Origin: Epiperipatus broadwayi
Lineage: Eukaryota; Animalia; Onychophora
Direction of reading: 5' to 3'
Length of the DNA stretch: 64,000 nucleotides
Assembly: GCA_028023455.1 (NCBI GenBank)
Contig: JAQFVV010000009.1
Span: forward strand, 7,874,001 to 7,938,000
A program made the translations under genes and the position numbers. The notes below the pieces were generated by a model. That model worked only from the letters and a program-made list of their open reading frames with translations, was not told the origin of the DNA and searched no databases. Shown here piece by piece: positions 54,368 through 64,000 of this stretch (position 1 is the first letter of the stretch; the number at the start of each line of letters is the position of its first letter).

Positions 54368-57300
54368 TTTGACATATATATATAAAACAATTATTTTTTT
54401 TAATTCTAATGTTTTCATTTAATTTATTATATATATTTAGGCCTACAGTTTCTTTAATTGTATTTTAAGTTTTTTTAAACAAAAATATTTGCAAATATGT
54501 TTAAAAAATAATTCTATTTAATATTATTTTAAATATTACATTCCGAATTACATCTAGTTAAACCAGCGATCCAACTGGGTTACCCTGAAATATTGTAAAC
54601 ACTTTCTAGGGATACACAAGATGTAGAAATAAATAATATCAAATTTTCAGATGAATACAAGTACACTTTATTACAACAAAACTTATATTACCACCAGTTT
54701 TTTTCCGTAATGACGTTAAAGAGCAAAGCTAGAAATTTCTTTGAGGCTGAACTTTGTATCTGTGTGTGCATGGCCAAAATTAGACCAACAATAAAAAAAC
54801 TAGCTGAGCAAAATTAAGCAACCTTCAGTATCACCTTAACTTGGTTCAGGATATAAACTTTTTTTAAAATGCTTTCATCATCATTTATTATTTATTTCTT
54901 GTAAAATGCCAAAATTCAATTTATAAATATTATAAATTCACCATCTCTATATACATAAGTTAACAATTATTAACAATCTTTTATTGGGCCAAAGATATTA
55001 TTTTTTTGGCCGAACACAGATTTTGAACCGCAAAAATGAGTAATTTATCGCCTCTTATTAACTGTATATACATAATTTTATTAATTTAATGCTCTTCTTC
55101 TCTCTCTGCACATGAACAATATTTTAAATTTAATTGAAAACTATTATTTAATATTTTTAAATTTCAAACAAATGATTAAAGATGTCACAAAAAAGACAAA
55201 TGAACCCCAACATGTATTTCTGGTTCGTTGGGCCAGGTCACAAACCCTTCTCATATGCCTTCATTATTTACCTATAATTGACCATCTATAAAAAGTAGAT
55301 TTTATTAGACAAGTTTTTTTATTTAAAAAAAATTAAAACTTACACCCATATACAAAATTACATTTACAAAACTATTATCAAAAAGATTGATGATATATAT
55401 ATATATACACACACACACACAAAAGAATTAAACTCTCTAACTAACAGGTTCATATTTTATACATTTTAGAATGTTATTAATGAAAATAAATGATATTGTA
55501 CAAAGTTACTCAAATATTGTTTATTTCTGAGAAACTGCACTATTTAACCATTACTTACTAATTTAAATAAATAATTAAAAAGATATGATTCAAGATTACA
55601 TTGCAATTTCTCCTAAATACCAGAATAATATAAATGTAAACAGAGGAATAAATAGAGAATTTCCATTTAATAGTATGTTCTGTAATAATGTTGATAGGTA
55701 ACCATAAATAACAGTTGACAAACCCAAGCTGAACTATTGCTCTTTAGCCAAGAATAGCATTTTGTCTTTAACTACACAGAAATAATTAAATACTAAATAC
55801 TACTCTTATTTAAAGAAAACAGAGATGGAGGTGAAGAGAGAAAACTATAGAAATAAAAAGATCACGTAGGGAAATATGTTGCTTTCCTAAATAATGATGA
55901 ACAACTGTAAAAATCAAGTGCTAATTATCTTTTATAAACAATGTCTGATTCATTTATAATTTGCTTTAATCAGAACTATTATTTTTAATATTTTGATGTG
56001 ATGTATTTGTATACATGACTTTAGATAGTGAACTTAATATTCATATTTGTACACAAATATATGCTACAAAAAGGAATTTGCCATTAACTGAAAGGTGACA
56101 TTTCGATTTATGTTTTAGACTTTAAAGAAACTATGAAAATTCCTAATTTGCATTCCAGGCAATCTGATCATCGTAATTAATTTTTTCTTACAGAATATAA
56201 TTTTCATCTTACATATCTTATAGTTCTTAACTGAGCCATCATTGGTTTTCTTAAAAACAGAAACAATGCATGCATGCATATGTAAATGCTCATTTATAAT
56301 CATAACAGATGAATGAAATTACAGCCCCATATTCTGGAGGTTGGAAATTCATTGAAAAGGGCAGTAGTTGGTAAATGAAGACAAAGATAAAAGTCATGAG
56401 TTATGGATCTAGGCTACCATTTAATGATGACTTTTTATTTGAGTACCTACAAATGTACAATTGAAATAAAATTGCACAAATTAGAAAAAGAACTAATTAT
56501 TAAATGGAACTAATTTTTGAAGTTAAAAGGAAAGGTGTAAGAACAGATGATTTAAAAATTGGGCATGCCATTTAAGGCATGAATAGTGGAAACACAAGTG
56601 GAATAATATTTATTATAAATAAAGATGGAATATCAACATAAATTATAAAAACTGATAGAATATCAAACATAATGGCAAGATTAGTTATTTCATTGAATGC
56701 AGATAATTCAGATTGGTGTCTCAATAAGTTCTCATTGTGATTGAAAAAAATGAGATTTTTATATAGATAAAACAAAATAATTTTGATTAGATTAAATAAT
56801 CTTTAAAATTGCTGAAAAACTGTGATGCTAGAATTGAAAAGTTATTTAAACATGAAAGTACTATGGTTACATTTGGATATGAAGACAGAAATGAGACCCA
56901 ATTTATAAAATTCGAAAAGAAAACAGAATTATATATTATGGCTTTTTAAAAAAATCCAAAGTGAAAATAAAAATAGGAACATTCAATTAAAAGTGCATTA
57001 GAGTCTAATCATTTTTTAATTAATAGAAAATAGGTAGACAAGAAGTGATTATCTGTTTTTAATATACAAAGTATAAGTAAATGCAAAGCTAATAATACAA
57101 AACATAATAAAAAAGTAATATTAACAAATCATAATCTTCAAAAATATCCCAATGCAGATTAAATTTGAAAATTATTTTATGCTATTAACAAACTATGAAG
57201 TTGCTTGAAGCTTGAATAAAGTCAACTAGGAAGTAACTAATATTTTACTAAAACCCTTTCATAGTTAATTGGTATAAAAAGAAAAAAATCAGGAACATGT

Positions 57301-57399
57301 TTTCATGAGACCAAGCAATTGTAAAAAAAAAAAAAAGATATGAAAATATTTTTAAATGACTCATTTAGAAAAACCAAATAAAATGGTACAAAAAAAAAT

Positions 57400-59040
57400 A
57401 GCACAAAGAAATGCAAAGATGAAATGGCAATAAGTTTCTAAATAGAGATAATACTGGAAAGAAAATTGTTATGTAATAAAAAGAAATGATGATGTTATAG
57501 TAATAAAAGCAATAAAATAAACTAAATATTATACAATTACAGTAACATCTTTTGTTTTAAATGAAAAAAAAAAGGCATGGAATTATATTTATAAACAAAT
57601 GGAAAGAAAATTTCAGGAAATAATGGCATTATTATAAATATTTTTAAAAAAGCAAATAAAGAAATTGTTGGCAAAGTTTTATAATAAATATCTAAATGAT
57701 TAAAATATATAAAAATAATCTTGAAAGAATGAAGTAATGATATTGATATTTCAAAAGGGTATCAAAGAAAATATAAGTTTTATACAAGATCTGTACAAAA
57801 ATTATTAACAATTTATCTTCAGAGAATTTTGAACTCAGACTAACCAAAAGAATAAGTTATATTTAAAAATAATTAAAGCACAGCAAGTCATACCTGTGTA
57901 CTAAGAAAATTTAAAGAAAGAGTCATTTTACATTAGAATTGAAATTGTAAATTATAAAAAGAATTTAACTTTATAAATATTTTTGCTATGATTAAGGATT
58001 CGAACGTTAAGACATAGTCACAGGATATTATTAAATTCTAAATAAATTATTTATAATGCAGAAGCTGTAATCAGACTATATAGTGATACAAAAAAGATTA
58101 ACCCTGATAAGAGAGTATGATAGAAAGAATCTATATCTCCAAAACTGTTTACACCACTTTTGAGGGAATTATTTTGTAAATTAAAATGAGATGGTAAAAA
58201 AAATAAAAAATAAATGGAGATTACTTAAATCATCTAGATTTTGAGATAATGTGTAAATCTTCACAAGTAATGTTTTAGAGCTTCAGGAACTCTTGCAAGA
58301 GTTATCAGATGAAAATAATATAGTAAAACTAAAATAAATGTAAAACAATGTCTAATGGATTTTCAAAAAAAAATTAATTTAATAATAATAAATTATAAAA
58401 ATAGTTAATATTTATAAGCACCTTAGGCAGATTATTACTACAGATGAAAACATAATGTATGAAATTAATCATAGAATTAAACTTAAATAAAATATTTTTG
58501 GTAGAAGTAACTTAATATTGAAAGAAAATAATCCCGTATGCATAAAATGAAAGTTTTTTAATAAATGTATTCTACCAATGATTATATAATTATATGAATA
58601 TCTAATAGAAGAATATTAAAATTATTTTAAACCACACAGTAAAGTATGAATAGATGTATGTTGAAATTAACAAGGAGGGACTAAAAAAATATCTGGATAA
58701 GAGAATAATAAAGGCATCCCTGATAGTCCCAGAAGAATTAAGAGGCTGAAATAATAAAGCATATTTTTAAAAAAGATGTCAATAGATTAGCAATTGAAAT
58801 CTTTATTTGGATTTCAAATTAATATAATTATAAAGTGATTACATATGAGATAAAAGGATATGATAATAAAGTTTGCTGCTAGGATATGGAATTAAGAAAT
58901 CATAATTGAAAAAAAAAAAGACTTAAACTTGAAAAATCATATCCGGTGATTTTGATAATAATTGTAGATAATGATAGGTCTACTTTAATTAAGCAGTCTT
59001 TGGAAGGCAATCAGAGAAGTCTTTATTTTCAAAGAGACCG
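57400..59040 (+). mobile_element. Decayed RTE-clade LINE RT
   Basis: DKRV**KESISPKLFTPLLRELF.KL (cf. GVRQGDTISPKLFT..LE..F..L.W) at 58105-58190, INGDYLNHL at ~58212, YKHLRQI at ~58415; many stops; ends approximate. Confidence 0.75.
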
Positions 59041-60904
59041 TACAATCATCTATATATACAAGATATGTGATAAAGCATATATGTTCATATATATCATCCA
59101 CGCTAATTAATTATATATATTATAAGAATAAGTTATTATTAATATAATAATGTAAAAAACAATGTTTTAGGAATAAAAATAATTTTAATTTATTTGTTTA
59201 ATTTACTTTAGTTTTTTTTTTTTCATTTTTCAGCCACATACTAATTTAAATCTCGTAATTATTTTCAAGTGCATAATGATTTTAATTATAAATAAATTAA
59301 AAAAACATTTTTATTTTTAATTTTATTTCCATTCTTCGTGAAACGTTTAAAATAGAGGGATTTATAAGAAAATGAATTTACTATTAATCATAATTTGCAA
59401 TTATTTTAATTAAAACACACAAATATACATATATATATATAAAGACATTCAAAAATATACATGTATATTTATGAAAAATATCATACATATTAATAAATAG
59501 ATAAATATACACAGAAATTTTAAAATATATAGGTAGATAATAGGATAGACAGACAGATAGGAAGATAAACAAATAATAGCATATATTTCTTTTGTATTTT
59601 CAAATATCATTTAATATTTACAAAATACATACATGCATACAAAAAAAATTATAATATAAAAAATCATTCACAAATGTATACAAATACATAGTTACACACA
59701 TCCTAAAAAGCCACAGGCATTTAATGTTAATTGTTAACCATCATTTCCCATTGGAATTACATATTAATTGAGAATAAATGATATTCACCTCTGTTTTATT
59801 ATCATAAAAGACATTTATATAAAAAAATGTTTGCTTGCATAATCTTGAAAAAAATCCATTTAACTCATACCAATGCACTTGAATTTGTTCTTTTTTTTTT
59901 TTTGCCAAAGTACCATACGCACCATATATGATTCTGTTAATCATGTAAGATATAATACATTGTCTGATTTTCTATAAAATAGATTTTCAAAGTGATTTAT
60001 CTATTCTTATATTTTTGCTAAACATATTATGGGGTAATCAATTTTGCAATACATCTTACAAATTATGTATTTCATTTGTAATTCTAAAAGGTATAGCACA
60101 AATGTCATATCTCACCCTGCTCTTAGAAGTGGACTAGTCCAGATCCTGTCCTTATCTGATTGGATTGAGCACTCGTTGCCACTAACCAATATGTAAACAT
60201 GCGGATAACCACTGTGTAAACATATGACCAAAGTATAAATATATGGCCAATATGTAGACATGTGGATAGATATCAATCATTGGTTAGTATGGGCCAATAG
60301 GCAATGATGTTCTCTGAATTTGATTACTGCCATTATTGTCACTTTTTTTTGCAATATTGAAAAAATTGCACACTTGTTATACAATTTTTATCCAGTCCCT
60401 TTTCCCATGAAAATTTTTAAGTTTAGATGTAATTATCTGCACTTGGTAATTTATTCATTAAAATGATTGTAAATAGTATAATCTTAAATAAAACTGAAAT
60501 CCAATATGTTTTGTTTAATTAAAAATAATGTTATTTTCTAGTTTTCATATTATTATTATAACTTAATGCATTGAAATGAGATAATCTGTTATTTACAGAA
60601 CTTCTACACTTTAATATTTGATCAACATGTTGAGAAATTTTCTCAAAAGCTGTCATAGTAAATTTGGTTAAATTTAAAATATATATTTTATTTGCTTTTA
60701 AATATTTAATCAGAACTTTATTTATTTAATCCTTATTATTATGGCCATTGATTTAATTAGTAAAGTTATAAAAATGTTCATATTCTCTATGATGTATTTG
60801 CATTATTTAAAATTTATATATATTGCAAATTTATAATTTTTTTTAAAGAAAACTGATACTATAAAGAGTTAAAGGAGAAGAAGCATTGTATATTTTAAAA
60901 AGGT

Positions 60905-61309
60905 CAGTGGCAGCCCATCCATAGGGGCTGCTGTGCTGCAGCTCCCCTAGTGTAAGATGAATGTTTTTGTTTAATCATTATCATTTTTAAATATGTATAT
61001 TAATTAAATTCCTATATATATATATATATCTTACACAAATGTACAAATAGAATATATTACCTAAGTAAAGGGGCAAAAAAGTATCTGCAATCTACTTGTA
61101 GTGATTTTTTCTCTTGATTAGATACACACTCTTTTTGTTTGCACTCTCTATTGGATAGGCAAATGTTACTGCACTCCAGTGATACAACAGCACTTTCATA
61201 GGAAAACAAGTGTATGTAATCTTCTTGTATGTGACTATTTACTACAGATCATTTTTGTTTACATTTTTGATAGCTGCCCACCATTATAAATTCTGGCTTG
61301 CCGTCATTG
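60905..61309. mobile_element. hAT-type MITE (degenerate short TIRs, 8-bp TSD)
   Basis: Begins CAGTGGCAGCCC and ends GGCTTGCCGTCATTG; flanks AAAAAGGT (60897-60904) and AAAAAGAT (61310-61317) match 7/8. Confidence 0.5.
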
Positions 61310-62729
61310 AAAAAGATAATCCAAAATGGAGATGAAATATTTATGAATGTAATATTTATATTTTGTATTCTGGATTAGCAAAAAAAGAAAAAACCTGCCT
61401 TATTTATATATCTAGGTCAGTCTATAACTTATATGTGGGTTTTTGGAATACTAGCACTTGAAAAAACTGAGTTATTAAATTTTCAACTAATTAGTATCTG
61501 GTTAGAAATGTTTTAAAATTTAGTCTATTATTAAAGAATATATATTAATATTAAGTTAATAATGATATGTAAAAAAATAGGGAAAAATGGAAGGATTGAT
61601 ATAATGAAATTTTTGTTAATAATTAGGCTTCTGTATCAAAGTGCCAACTTCGTTCAGTTTTCAGGGATTCAGTATGTAATTTAATTATTTTTTTTATTTT
61701 TTCTCCCTTTACTTTTATTTTTACTTAAATATGCTACTATATTAATGCTAAATATTTTGTTTAATGTTTTAACATAAACAAATTAATATTTACATTTTAA
61801 TTCATTTGATTTAAAATATTTTTTTTATCCCAACTAATATTATGTATAAATTCATAAATGAGTTGCAAAAATCTTCATGTTATCATAATATAGAAAAAAT
61901 TAGAAATTATTTTAAAATTTTAAACAGACTTAGACTTGTTTGGGGTGACTATTCATGACCAACTTATTTAGCCATCCAATTACTAATCTGTAAATGGATA
62001 TTTAGCTATTTTTAGCTAGAGAGTAAAATAATGGTGGAAAAAATGCTAAAAAACTTCCCTTCATTGGATATCCTAATAATAGCTTTCTTCAATTTTTTTT
62101 TGTGGAAATGGGGGGGGGGGGGTCAGAGTTGTTAATTTGCAATTAGTTATTTAAAAACTGATTTCTTTTTGCATTATTTATTATAGATGCACTATTTTTC
62201 AGATTTACCTTTAAATCTTAGACTAATTTAAATTCATTATATTCTATGTTGTATATATTGCATTTATATATAAAAGTAGATATAGTAATTATGAAATATT
62301 GTTAAAGTAAAAAAGACAAATTAAAATTTGTATCAAATTTTATTACAACTTATTATGAAAATTCTAAACTTACTGCACACATAACTATAAGATCATCCAT
62401 TCTAAACAAGTACTATAATGATTGTTACTAATCATTATTTAGACTAGACATTATTACATTACTTTTAGCTCAGATATACACTTTAAATTTTAATTAAAAA
62501 TAAATATATCTATATTAAACACAAATATGTAAAATAATTTAACTTCATTCTAATTTTTTATGTATAATAATATATTTGTAACTTTAATTGTACTTTAATC
62601 ACGTGGTTAAAAAACATGTAAAATAGGTAAATGACCTCCAAGGTGCATTTCAGACTAAACTAGCAGTCATTACTAAGTTATTGATAAACATTAAAATAGA
62701 GTAATAAAAATATGCAAGATTATTATTGG

Positions 62730-62766
62730 GCCAACTGATGACTGCCAGTTCAGCATGAAATGCATC
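62730..62766 (+). ncRNA. Degenerate family A-like hammerhead remnant
   Basis: GCCAA-CTGATGA-CTGC(CAGTTCA)GCAT-GAAA-TGCA-TC; the 3' strand of stem I is lost. Confidence 0.4.
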
Positions 62767-64000
62767 ATACAGGTCATTTGCTTATTTTATGTTTTTATTC
62801 ATATGTTTAGATATGTGGTAAAATTAAATTATAATCTTCAAGTGAAGCAAAGGTTTGCTGCCACAATCTTTTCCTACTGATATTATTGCTTCACTGAATG
62901 CTTTATTCTTTAGAAAACATTTTAAAAGTCTAATCCATCATTTTTCAGTTAAAATGTTTTAATCTTTAACCATTAATTTTTTTTATTGACTTTTCTCCCA
63001 TTCTGAGTTATTCTTTATATTCTATCTACAAATTTACATTTCCCCCCCATAAAATTACTTTGTTCTGTCTTGCAATGTTTTAATTCTTTGTTTCAGCTTT
63101 GTTATCTGTGGGATAATTTTTATTTTTTACTATCTATCAAATGATAATTTAATTCCTATTTATTACTACATTTTAAAATATGAATAGCTATTTTTTTGTC
63201 TAGATTCTTTTTTAAAGATTTATCTTATTACCTTTCTTTTTACTCTCTAAAAATCCCTTCATAGACCATTTTTCAATTTTGTAATTTTTTAAAATTAATA
63301 CTGTTTCTTTGCTATATTTCTTTAATGTGTTGATATTTTTTATTGACACAATTAATTTCTTTCATTTTCATCCACCTCTCACATTTCAAAATCTTTCAAT
63401 CACCTTTTGTCTTTTTTAATTATTTCTGCTCTAGCTTCCTGCAGAATTAGATTTCAAACGAATCACCCAAGATTTCTTTTAATTTTAATTTTCATATAGC
63501 AGAAAATAAGTTTCACTTTTTTTTACTAGAATAAAAAACAAAGAGCAGTTAGAACTATATGTATATATGAATTAAAATAGACTGAGATTAAGTATGTATA
63601 AACTGAAATTAAAATATAATTGCCCCCCCCCTTTTTTTTTTTTAAAAAAAAAGCCAATTAATAATTAACTTGCAATTAAATCTTAATTTAAATTTTTATA
63701 AAATAAAATGACTTTATATATATATAAAACCTTCTTAAATTATTTTGTAAAAATTATTTATAAATAAAGATTTGTCAGCATTATTTATTATATAGATAAA
63801 AACAGCCTTTTAAATAAATATCCATTTGCAGGACAAAGATGTCTTCAACAGTTCCTTATAGAGTAACAGTGAAGAAGAAAGCAGTAATTGTCAGCAGGCA
63901 TTACAATGTTTGACAGTTTTACTATCCTTATTTTATCCTCTAACTAAGAATAGCTAAATATTCATTTATCAATTAATGTTGGGTTATAATATTGTATAAA

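Overview
AT-rich, CpG-depleted, repeat-dense eukaryotic (most likely invertebrate animal) genomic DNA; no prokaryotic features or CRISPR. The only host gene I can support is the first coding exon (41395-42046, +) of a signal-peptide/ANF-receptor-domain protein, most likely a receptor guanylyl cyclase; no further exon was recognisable downstream. The rest is transposon-derived: four Penelope-like element (PLE) loci (RT and/or GIY-YIG), five decayed non-LTR LINE remnants, two MITEs, tRNA-Gly-derived pseudogenes and microsatellites. The main signal is a hammerhead-ribozyme (HHR) system. PLE 3' repeats carry minimal type I HHRs with covariant 3-8 core pairs (A3-U8, U3-A8). Two unrelated non-coding tandem families (473-474 nt and 455 nt units, one extended type I HHR per unit) are inserted with 12-14 bp AT-rich target-site duplications, like the 12 bp TSD of the large PLE composite; the 474 nt family also shares its tandem-plus-inverted architecture. 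They look like PLE-mobilised retrozymes that could yield small circular RNAs. One lies in sense orientation in the presumed first intron of the host gene. All ribozyme activity is predicted from sequence only.
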